Part shown: positions 13,611-25,151 of the stretch, one piece after another
Layout of the letters: each line of letters opens with the position of its first letter
How positions within the stretch are numbered: position 1 is the stretch's first letter
From: the human T2T-CHM13v2.0 reference genome, Homo sapiens
Assembly (NCBI RefSeq): GCF_009914755.1
Contig: NC_060939.1
Length of the DNA: 64,000 bases
Reading direction: 5' to 3' (one strand)
The notes under the pieces: model-generated
What the model saw: the letters and a program-made list of their open reading frames with translations, nothing else
The model's database searches: none
Told to the model about the DNA's origin: nothing
Program-made: the position numbers and the translations under genes

Positions 13611-16469
13611 AAGAAGTATGTGTTCTAAAGAGTTTGTATCTTCTTGAAAGAAGCACGAGGTTTTTTTCAAAGTGTACCATTTCAGCTTGAAGCAATATTC
13701 TTGCTGTTCACCTAAGAAAAGCAGGAAAAATCCATCAAATAATCTGACATTAGGGGTTTAAGTGCAAGTGAATCCTTTTCAGCCCATTCCAGTGGCTCCA
13801 ACCAGGCAATGAATTTGCATCTCAGCACCATTAGATGGCCTGGAGTTCTTAATTACCAAACAAATGGAAAGTTGCTGCCTAGTGCTGACAGCTCCTTGTG
13901 TATCATTATTCGCAGAACATGAACGATTAATGGAATTTTCCCAACACAGTCAAAGTTGTTTACTGATGGAATTAAAGCTGAAATTGGCAAGGTCCTAGTG
14001 GGAAGACTTTTGCTATAATGTCATGGACCTGCCAAGCTCTTCAGATGAAAAATAGGAACAATTAGTGATGGCTCTGAGCAGTTCTGGATATTCTTAAGGC
14101 TTGGTCCCAAATGAAATCATCTTTATTTGGATGTTGTATTGGGGAAAGGTACTGACATTTAATCTCTCCATGTGGATTATAAACATCAGTGACAGGGTCT
14201 GTGTCCTGATCAAAGCAATGTGCCCAGGTGGGCAGTAAGTTGGCATCATTCCAAAGCCTGAGGCAGAGAGAATGATCGAGATCCAGATCATCCATTTCAA
14301 CTCCACTACTCTGGAAGTCCCAACACCTTTCTACAGAGGCTCAAGGGTGGTGGCCAGGGTATCAGGGGAAGATGGGGACAATGGTTAATGCCTTGCTTTA
14401 TGAAGAGTTGTGGCTCTGGAGACAGAATCTTCTTAGTGATTTAGTTAAGGAAAAAAATAGCAATAAAAAGCAAGGTACAGACTAAGAGCATAAATAGGCA
14501 GGCATAATAATGAGAATCCTACATCTATTCTAAGGTTTTCTCTCAAACTCTGCCCGGAACACAGGGTTACATACTTGTAATTCTGTATCTAGTAACTCCA
14601 TCCCAGAGTACTGCAAAACCAAAATCCACTCTGACCCAGCTTTGCACCCCACATCCATATTTCTGTCCCACCTTCTTAATGAAGATCATTGCAAGCTTTC
14701 TTTTTCTTTGCCAATAGTAGCGTGCAAATAATCCTGCCTCTTTAATTATTTCCAAAATTGACAGCAACTTCTGTGGCATGGTGGTGAATAAGGACTGATG
14801 AGTTCAGTGTTCCGGACACTTGGCTGTGACCGTGCAGATGGCACTGATCCTGGGCTCTAGGGCCAGAAATTTGCCTCATTATTAGGAAGTGGCTTGTGAA
14901 TTTACGGCCATTGTTTCTGTGATGTAAAACCGATCACACCAAGTATACCTAGAACTGACAATTTCTCATTGTAATTAATCAATGCTGCCATTTTGCAATG
15001 AAGGAAGCTCTCTTTGGCAGAGCATCCAGCCTCTTAATCACCACGTAGGTGAAAGTTGCATATGCCTCTGTTACTGGTTTTGATTGGGCATTATTAGCTT
15101 CTGACTTGTAATTTTTGGATTTCCTTAGACATACGAGTGCATGGTGTTACACATGTAATTTATAGATTGGTATTGATTCTGTATATATTATACCTGATGA
15201 TACGGAGTTTAAACTTCTTTGAAGGTGAGCTTTGTCACTATCTCCTGGAGGGAATAGTGGCTTCTGAATATTAAATATGCTACATCATGTAAAGTGCTGA
15301 ATCAGTGTAGAGTCAAAGGCTCTGGATATAGTCAACCTGCTTAGTTTTCCCATATAGGAGTTTCTGAGAAAACAACTGTCACACATCAGTATCTTTGCAA
15401 CACTTAAATTTGCAAGATAAAATGAGCTCACTTGTGAACATAAATAATACTTTGCATTCACAAATTAAACAGTCTGGCATTGTTAGGTTGAGCCTTAGAC
15501 AAGAAAGCAAATACGCTCTTAGAAGATGATGATTAATTTGTATAACACCAACCAAGTCCCAGGTAGGATTCGTGTTTAGTAAATGTTACTGGTGGTGGTG
15601 GTGGTGACGTGAATAACAGGATAACAGATAGTGTTCTGTTAATTCCAATTGGCAATAAACTCTGCCAAGTATACTGGATACCGTTCTGTGTTGTTTTCCT
15701 GTTGCTTGTTCAAATCAGCTCCAAGTGGGTAAAGCAAAGGGCATGTTTTGATCTTCTAAGAGCTCTCTTTAGGAGATCTAAAGTCTGTGCTCTGCAGACC
15801 TTTCTATCTCTGAGTGGGTCAGTGAAGTTTCACAGCTTCAACTATTCCACCGAATGTTCTCTGTGCCATGCAGGCAGGCAGGTGATCAGCTAGAATACCA
15901 TGCAGAATGACCCCCTATCTCAGTGTATTTCCAACACCATCAGAGACATATACTCATCCCTTGGAGAGCAGAAGGAACAACAGACCCCTACGTGTCTCAA
16001 GTCACCAGGGAAATAGTTATTTTATAATAACCACATTCTCTTTTTCATCATTCTACTATTTGTCCATAACAGTGGATGACTTGGACAAACCAGGATGTAG
16101 AACACAAAATCTTTTCAAGAGAAAAGATTTTACTTTTTTTTTTCTAAATCAAAATTTAATTGTTTTTATCACTGGCTTTACTACATAGCTCCTGGTTAGA
16201 ATGAGGTGAGTATACACAATAAATCAGTCATAAATTTGAGGATTTCCTTCCATCGGATGTGTAGATTCTGGTGAGTAGTAATTTGTTGAGATGATGTAAG
16301 AATCATAGAATATCCTACAGAGCATAAACAAATGATGGCCCACTGTTTGGTAAAGTGGGATCTGCAGATAATGTTGATACATTCCTTGAGGTACACATAT
16401 CAAGCGAAACTAATATGTGAGAACCTTGATGTAGCTCTTAAGAGCTTGATGTCCAAGAAAAACTAAACG

Positions 16470-16680
16470 TAGTTCTACCACTTCATCGCTGCATGACTTG
16501 CAAAGTTCGTTTAACTCTTTGAGCTTTGATTTCCTCAAATCATAAATGCAGTTAAATGCAGTTGTAAAACTTGAGGTACAATTATGATAGGGATTAAACA
16601 AGGTAATCTATGTAACTGCAAAGCACAGTGCCTGGAACATGGTAAATACTCAATAAATTGGCCGTATTATTGCTATTCTG
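16470..16680 (+). mobile_element. MIR
   Basis: gcacagtgcctggaacatggtaaatactcaataaat 3' end. Confidence 0.7.
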
Positions 16681-17307
16681 ATATCATTCTTATTATTATG
16701 GCATGAAACCTCTGATTCTTCAATAAATATTCCATATTGAATGATCGGGAGTTTTCTTGTGTAGAGGTGACCAAGTAGACTTAACGCTACATTTAAAAGT
16801 ATGTGAGTGTGTAAGTGTGTGCATTTGCCAGGCCTGAGAGGAGTTCAGCACTCTTCATGGCTCAGTGACCCTTGTGATAGAAAGTTGAAGCCTCTAGAGT
16901 TAAAAGCCAATGCGTTATTGCACCCAGTGATTCCGTAAAACTTATGAGTCAGAAAAAGTGGAGAAGGAGTCATTCTCTGAACTTGTTACTCCCTAATTAC
17001 TTACAGTTAGCTCCACTATTTTTCTCTTTCTGCCACAACCAAGTTTTCTCGAATGTCCTGTTACTGTGAGTCTCCTCTCTTATTTCTATGCTTGCTTGTT
17101 TATAGCAAACCTGAAAATCTCATGATAATACCTACAATGAGGGATTGGGGCTACGTGTTAGTATGTAGAAACTATCCGTCCACCAGAAAGAAGGCAGCCT
17201 GACAGGAAGTGCTGCCTTCTTACCCAGGCCTAAGCGGAAGAAACTCACTCAACAAATTTTGTAGGGAGACACAGTGAAGTAAAGAGAAAAAAACTAAGGA
17301 ATGTTTC

Positions 17308-17615
17308 TTTTCTCTCTCTCTCTCTTTTTTTTTTTTTTTTTTTTTTGAGACAAGGTTACACTGTGCCACCCAGGCTGGAGTGCAGTGGTGTGATCACACG
17401 TCACTGCAGCCTTGAGCTGCCCAGGCTCAAGTGATCCTCCCACCTCAGCCTTCCATTGGGACCACAGGCATGCGCCACCATGCCAGCTAACTTTTTTGTA
17501 TTTTTTGTAGAGACCATGTTGCCCAGGTTGGTCCCAAACTTCTGGGTTCAAGCAATCCACCCACCTCAGCCTCCCAAAGTTCTGGGATTACAGGCATGAG
17601 CCATAGTACCTGGCG
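17308..17615 (-). mobile_element. AluJ
   Basis: J-type text (ggctcaagtgatcctcccacctcagcc); TSD aggaat(g/t)tttc. Confidence 0.9.
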
Positions 17616-17664
17616 AGGAATTTTTCATTATGTCAAATTTTGACAAAACTTTCTTGAAATAAAA

Positions 17665-17850
17665 CTATTACTAGCTCTGTTAACTTGGATATGCTATATA
17701 ACTCCTTGTGATTCAGCTCTCTCATGTCTAAAATAAAGATAATACTACCTAACTTATTAAGTTGTTGTGAGGATTATATGAGTTCATTTCTGTAAAACAC
17801 TTAGAACAGTGTCTGGCACAAGGTAAAAGCTATATAAGCATTATTAAACA
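17665..17850 (+). mobile_element. MIR
   Basis: gttgttgtgaggatta...cacttagaacagtgtctggcaca. Confidence 0.75.
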
Positions 17851-18120
17851 TGTGATAAATTAATGAATAAAATAGGAGAATAACATTTTTCTATATCATT
17901 GCTTTTCTTCTTGCAAAACTGTATGCATAATTTTTATATCCAGTTGGCCCTCTATATCCATGGGTTTTGCATCCATGGATTCAACCAAATACAGATTTAA
18001 AAATTCCAGAATAAAAACTACATCTGTAACAAACACGTGCAGCCTTTTTGTCTCATCATCATTCCCTAAACAATACAGTATAGGCAACTATTTATAAAAC
18101 ATTTACATTGTATTATGTAT

Positions 18121-19311
18121 AGTTTTTAGCCTAAAGCTGCCTTCTTACATATTTGAAGTTTAGCCTAAAGTTTTTCCATACATAGGTGATCTCTAACCCA
18201 GCTGGATATGTAAGCTGACTATAACCTACCTTTTTTTTTTCTTTAAAAAGAGCTTAGTACATTGGAATTTTCCCTTCAGATTTCTTTTTTTTTTTTTTTA
18301 TACTTTAAGTTCTAGGGTACATGTGCACAACGTGCAGGTTTGTTACATATGTATACATGCACCATGTTGGTGTGCTGCACCCATTAACTCGTCATTTTCA
18401 TTAGGTATGTCTCCTAATGCTATCCCTGCCCACTCCTCCCACCCCATGACAGGCCCCGGTGTGTGATGTTCTCCTTCCAGTGTCCAAATGTTCTCATTGT
18501 TCAGTTCCCACCTATAAGTGAGAACATACGGTATTTGGTTTTTTGTCCTCACGATAGTTTGCTGAGAATCATGGTTTCCAGCTTCATCCATGTCCCTACA
18601 AAGGACATGAACTCATCTTTTTTATGGCTGTGTAGTATTCCATGGTGTATATGTGCCACATTTTCTTAATCCAGTCTATCATTTTTGGACATTTGGGTTG
18701 GTTCCAGGTCTTTGCTATTGTGAATAGTGCTGCAATAAACATACATGTGCATGTGTCTTTACAGTAGCATGATTTATAATCCTTTGGGTATATACCCAGT
18801 AATGGGTTGGCTGGGTCAAATAGTATTTCTAATTCTAGATCCCTGAGGAATCGCCACACTGTCTTCCACAATGGTTGAACCAGTTTACAGTCCCACCAAC
18901 AGTGTAAAAGTGTTCCTATTTCTCCACATCCTCTCCAGCACCTGTTGTTTCTTGACTTTTTAATGATCGCCTTTCTAACTGATGTGAGATGGTATCTCAT
19001 TGTGGTTTTGATTTGCATTTCTCTTGTGCCAATTACCGAGATTTGGCCAATCACAGGTAGCTAATTGTTCAAATCAGTTAGCTATTTAAGTAAGGCAAAT
19101 TCTGAGCTAGAACCAACCCAGCTGTTCCTGGACCTCACTTCCATTTTCTGTTTGCCACTTTCCTTTTTCTCTTCCTAAATCTTCTTCAACCACATGGCAG
19201 TGCTGGGTTCTCTCTGAACCTATTCTGGTTCAAGGGCAGCCTGATTGGAAAATCATTCTTTGCTCATTTCAAGTCTGTTAAATTTGATTTGTAAAGGTTT
19301 TTCCTCTAACA
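18121..19311 (+). mobile_element. MER57-type ERV1 solo LTR split by L1PA; pieces 18121-18230 and 19021-19311
   Basis: ttagcctaaagctgcc...taacctac | ctcttgtgccaat...ggccaatcacagg...taaca; TSD GTAT. Confidence 0.8.
18231..19024 (-). mobile_element. 5'-truncated L1PA (PA4/PA5-like) with a second polyA and a ~44 bp 3' extension
   Basis: ORF 18596..19054 gives the L1 ORF2p C-terminus ([27 protein letters not shown]); T tracts at 18285-18299 and 18231-18240. Confidence 0.95.
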
Positions 19312-19469
19312 GTATTGTAGGTAATATAGAGATTATTTAAAGTATATGGGAGGATGTGCATAGGTTATATGCAAACGACATGCCATATTGAGCATCTGCA
19401 GAGTTTGGTATCTGAGAAATCTCCTGGGGCAAATCCCTAACAATGACTGAGGGATGGCTGTATATAAAT

Positions 19470-19488
19470 GCACACACATACACACACG

Positions 19489-19520
<32 letters not shown>
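19470..19520. repeat. (CA)n microsatellite
   Basis: Direct reading. Confidence 0.95.
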
Positions 19521-19523
<3 letters not shown>

Positions 19524-21177
19524 ATACCAAAGATATATGCATTTCAAAAAGAGTTAATATTTTAGTCGGAAATCTAAACCATAATTTGATTGATTTTGGT
19601 TTTTATTCATATGTAAATATTTCAATGCACTAAATTTAATAAGCATTTCCAAAATTCTCTTTAGAACTCTAAGAATGTGTGTCTTCTCTCTGGACTAAGT
19701 TTTTTTTTTTAATCTTTCAAACTCTCCAGGCCTTTTCAAGTCTAAATGTCTTTGATGGTTAACGACCTTTATTATTATATAGAAGGCCACTCTTGCTCTA
19801 TTTCCTGGCATGAAGTGATCAGTTGACTCCTGTCCTTTAGTGTCTGTGGACTTACCATATAAAGCCAAGCATGCTATATTTGTTGGTATTATTATGTTCT
19901 GTGAGCTGATTGGTTATTGCTCCTGTCTAATTAGTGAAAGTGAGAAAGTGAGATTCATCTTTGTTTTTACTTTTTTACCTTCTTTAGAAGTTGGATTTGT
20001 GGAGTTTCTGAAGCCCAAAATGACGTGGGAATTTTAGTTTTATTTCTTATAAAGAAATTAATCAGAAAAAAAATCAGTCAATCCATTACCCAGCTATCAA
20101 GGCTAATCTCAACTCCTTTCCTTGGCTCCTCTTTCTTGGACACTTCTCCTGTGGGCCTAAACAGCTGCTTCTCAGTCTTGCTTATCATAATCATATTTTG
20201 ATAACAGCACCAATGACTCCATCTGCATTAATATCAGAAATGGAGCTAAGGAGAATCTCAGAGGCTCCTGATTTGGTGCAGCAGCTACTAAGAGAATCTT
20301 TGTTGGTACAAGTTAGGGGAAAGGCCAGAAGTGAGGAACAAAAGGAAGAATGGCAGAGAAAACACACTCTATTACCGTCCTTGAGATTGCTCTGTGGCCC
20401 ATCAGAATATCTTCTGAATCTAGGACTTTTTAATAGCAGGCATGTGATCCCCCTCCCAGAACATTTGTCATGCTATTTTAAACATTTAGAAAAATGGATC
20501 AACAGACACTACTAAAAAAATAAGCCAACGGCACATTCAAACGTCAACCACTGTGAACCTGTCTACCCCATTGTTTTTTTGTTTTTGTATTTGTTTTAAT
20601 GAAAAATTGAGGGAAAAGAGAGACAATTGGTTATAGGAAAAATGCAAACAAACAAAGCCCTATTAGAACTCAGACTTTCTACCCAAGCAGGAAAGACTCC
20701 CCAAAAAGAATTGCCTGCTGGGTTAACAATCAAGAACTGAGTTGACGGTTTCATCACACAATAATGTTTGACCTGATATTCATTTTTAACTCACAGTGGT
20801 AAGAGTAAAGTGAAATCTTACAACAGCTGTCAAATTCTCATTTTTAATCCCCCAGTAACTGCTTTGGTACCATTCTGGAGATGTAAGATACCATATCAGC
20901 TGTCCAGGATGTTGTTAGTGCACTATTAACACTCTGCTCTTAGGACATTGGTGAGTGAGGCTGATGTTTAGAAACTTCCCCTTAGGTACTTAAGAGAGAG
21001 ACCTACTAATGTATCCACAGACGACACAATGTACACATTCCACAGTAGTGAAGAAATGTGTTTCCAAATCTTTGCAGGTTAGCACTTCAGAGGCAGGCTC
21101 TTGGGAGTGTATCTCTAGTTGGACTCGATTTTTGAAATGCAGCTGCTAAATTGCCATTCAGGTTCATGCTGTGCTCG

Positions 21178-21240
21178 TAGGTTGGTGCAAAAGTAATTGT
21201 GATTTTTGCCATTACTTTCAATGTTATTAAGTTGGTGCAA
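21178..21240 (+). mobile_element. Half MADE1 (Hsmar1 MITE) followed by a second partial TIR start
   Basis: taggttggtgcaaaagtaattgtgatttttgccattactt matches the Hsmar1/MADE1 TIR; ttaagttggtgcaa repeats the TIR start. Confidence 0.8.
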
Positions 21241-21811
21241 TGTTATTATAACAACTTAGTGTGCTTAAACTCTTCATATGTGATGAGTAGATACTACATG
21301 AGGAGGTTTCACTATACTCAGTGGAAGTCTGTCAAATGTTTACTGTTGGACTTAGAAAGAGAAAGGATTGAGCTAAGATTTTGTATTATTGGATTCATTA
21401 GTCAAAGGCTGTAGCACAAAGTGTGATAGTATCCATTTTTCTTGAGCTGTGTGTTATTGGAGACTTTAGATATCTGTCTCTTGATGTATTTCCCACTGAG
21501 TCTTGTATTACAGTGAAAAACAACTCTAGATTAGTACTTAGGAGACCAGATCTCCAGGTGTCACTCTGGCTCTACCTATTTGACCTTTGATCAGCCTTCT
21601 TACCTCTATACTCAGAACCCCGAACCTGTACAATGGAGATACTGGATTAGATCATTTCAAAGGCCTCTTCTAGCTCCAAAAATCAATGACTATCACTTTA
21701 ATAAACGTGTTAATGAAGTAAAATAACTGAGCTACATTCATGAACTTCTAATTATGACTGGACAATATAGCCTCAATTTTTCTTAAAATTAAATGATGTT
21801 AGAACAACACC

Positions 21812-21853
21812 AAGGAAGGAAGGAAGGAAGGAAGGAAAAAAAAAAGAAGAAGA
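21812..21853. repeat. (GGAA)n / A-rich simple repeat
   Basis: Direct reading. Confidence 0.85.
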
Positions 21854-21939
21854 AACCTTGTCAGCACCACTAACACAGTAACATTGCCACAGGGCAAGAT
21901 AAAAGGATGTGCATTTGTGCCTGGATGCTTGTAGGGTGT

Positions 21940-22090
21940 GGTTAAAAGAAAAGATTCAGAAAGCAGACTACTTAGGTCCTCACCCTTCCTACCTACAAAC
22001 TGAATGACTTTCAGCGAGTTACTCATTTTCTATGCCTCAGTTTTTTCATCTGCAAAATGCTAATAGTAATAGTCTCTACCCCATACAAAT
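21940..22090 (+). mobile_element. MIR
   Basis: tgcctcagttttttcatctgcaaaatg core. Confidence 0.7.
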
Positions 22091-22262
22091 TATGACATCT
22101 GTGTCAGAACAAGAACAAAGAAGCCACTCTATGATTTCTAGGATATATTTTTAGGTAAAACAATTAAAGTATATAACAGTAGTGAGCTACTTTAATGTAA
22201 GAAATAAAAGGTGATATAGGTGTACGTTATTTTTCCAAAGAGAAATGTTTGAAGGATTATCA

Positions 22263-22589
<327 letters not shown>

Positions 22590-22928
22590 TTAAATAAAAC
22601 AAAAATAAACCTAACATTTTATAAAATTGATAACATAACAACACAGAAGAAATACTTCTTCCAAGTAATTTTTGAACACTACTCTGACTTTAGGTTTTTT
22701 AATGAGGTATATTCTGAGAACAGAGAGAATCAAAAGTCAAATATACACAGAAAGATCATTGCTGATTGTAATTATGAATATATTTTTTCTGTATTGTAGG
22801 ATTAGAAACCAAGAATTTCATTGTCACAAGAAAAGTACAAAATTTAGGAAAAATTAAGCAAAACCCTACAATATTAATATTAAATTTGAATTGGAAATAT
22901 ACGTATAAACTCATGATTTATACATGAC

Positions 22929-22973
<45 letters not shown>
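22929..22973. repeat. (TCTA)n tetranucleotide STR
   Basis: About 11 perfect units. Confidence 0.95.
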
Positions 22974-23565
22974 TCACTCCTTGCCTAAAAATCTTAATAT
23001 CCCAGTAGCAGTGACGCACCTAACACTCAAATCTTGAGTTCTAAGTTCCACTGCTGTCTTTGAATAGAGGGGTGAGAGAACAGCTGATTTCAAGTCTCCT
23101 TCAGAGAAAAGTGCAAGGTGAGCAGTAGCATGTGCTTGTAGCAGAAAAGAAAATAAGGGCATATCTCAAAAGGACTTAGGATCTTGATTTAAGGGACTCC
23201 CACTGGCCCAATTTGGTAGATCAAAACCAAAGATGCTGATAATGTATTATAAAAAAAATCTTCTGTTGCAATGAACAAATCCAGCAGTTATAACATTAAC
23301 AAAATTAATAAATCAATTTATTATAATAATTTAAAAACCCAAGAGCCCACAGTGAAAAAAGGAAGACAGATAGATGGAGGAGATAATGTAGAGCATTTCT
23401 TTAAAGAACAATACTAGCTCATAACTGTAGAAGGAATAATATAAGTAGATCACCAGTGCTTGCACCACCCAATTACTGACAAAACCAAGGATTATCAATG
23501 GAAGTTAAAACTATTAAGTGATATGTTGTTGGGAAACAGGTTATTTGCACAACGCCGAAATAGCA

Positions 23566-24068
23566 TGTTGAAGGTAGAATAATGGCCTCCCCAAAAATGT
23601 TGGTGTCCTAATCCCTGGAACCAGTGAATATGTTAGATGACATGGCAGAAGGGGATTAATGTCATAGATGGAATTATGATAGCTTGTCATTTGATTTTAA
23701 AATAAAGAGATTACACTGGATTATTTAAATAGATCCAGTTGAACCACAAGGGTTCTTAGAATTGGAAGAAGGAGGCAGAGAGATGGTAAGACTGATGTGA
23801 TTTGAAAAGGACTTGACCGCCACTGGCTGTGAAGACAGAGGAAAGAGCCAAGTAATGTGAGTGGCCTCTAGAGGCTGGAAAGTCCAAAGAAACTGATTCT
23901 CCCCTATAGCATTTAGAAGGGAATGCTGTCCTGCCAACACATTGACTTTAGCCTACCGAGATCTGTTTTGGACCTCTCATCTACGGAACTGCAAGATGAT
24001 AATTTGTTTCGTTTTATGCTCCTATATTTGAAGTCATTTGTTACAGCAAGAATGGAAAAATGAATGCA
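23566..24068 (+). mobile_element. MLT1D-type MaLR solo LTR
   Basis: aataatggcctccccaaa...cctaatccctggaacc...tttgttacagca. Confidence 0.85.
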
Positions 24069-24826
24069 ATCACCCTACACAGTAATTATAAACTACAAAA
24101 GGAAAAAGCTACTGTTATAATGGATAGATCCAGCAGTTATCATATTAACAAAATAAACAAGTCAAACATCTTAATCAATAAAAAGAGTACTTGACATTAT
24201 GTAGTTCCTCACGTGATGCAACGTGAAGTACACGTTATCAATGGATTAACCTCACCAAAACTATTGAGCACAAATCCAATCAATTCTATCTAATTTCTAG
24301 TTTATAGGAAATACCAGGGATAGGAGAGAAAAATGAACAACACTTTGAGAAAGTTAATTAGATAAATAAAAATGAAGCATATTCTACAATCAACTGGCCT
24401 GGAGTTTTCAAAATGTCCATGTCTTGAATAAAAAGGTGGGGTAGAATTCATCAAATGCAATTTGTCAACATTAATTGGACCTTAGCTGAAAAATTAATTT
24501 ATGGAAGATATTTTTGGGTGATTTGATAATTTGAATATAGACTAGAAATTAGATATAGTACAATTTTGTATATTCTTAGATGTCATAAAAGCCTTGTGGT
24601 TTTTATAGGAGAATACCCTTATTTTTAGGAGATGTATATGAAATTATTCAATAGTGAAATGTGAATATCTTCTTTAAAATCTCTTGCTTTTAAATGATTC
24701 AGGAAAAAAAAAAGTGAAATGTGACAAGAGGTTCACAATTGCTAAATCCAAGTGAATAATATGTGTGTATTTATTTGGCTATTATGTTATTGTGATATAT
24801 TTGCTATTCTTCAAAATAAGTGTTAA

Positions 24827-25151
24827 GACTGGGTGCTGTGGCTCATGCGTGTAATCCCAGCATTTGGGGAGACTGAGGTGGGTAAATCACCTGAGCCCAG
24901 GAGTTGGAGACCAGCCTAGACGACATGGTGAATCCCTGTCTCTAAAAAAAATATAAAAATTAGCCAGGCATGGTGGCACATGCCTGTAGTACTAGCTACT
25001 AGGGTGGCTGAGGTGGGAGGATCACCTGAGCCTGGGGAGGTTGAGGCTGCGGTGAGCAGTGATTATGCCAATGTGCACCATCCGGGGCAAGTTAGACCCT
25101 GCCTCAATCAAACAAACAAACAAAAACCACATATGCACACACGCACACACA
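24827..25151 (+). mobile_element. AluJ with (AAAC)n/(CA)n-derived tail
   Basis: J-type text; degenerate TSD caaaataagtgttaaga / caaataaatattgaga. Confidence 0.9.

Larger units (their letters stand above)
17941..19460 (+). mobile_element. MER2 (TcMar-Tigger) split by MER57 insertion; pieces 17941-18120 and 19312-19460
   Basis: cagttggccctctatatccatggg...catccatggattcaacc; resumes gggaggatgtgcataggttatatgcaaa...gagggatggctg followed by TA. Confidence 0.85.

Noticed and set aside
14794-14822. CTGATGA followed by a possible stem II (gttc...ggac)
   Set aside because: The stem is followed by ACTT instead of the required GAAA.
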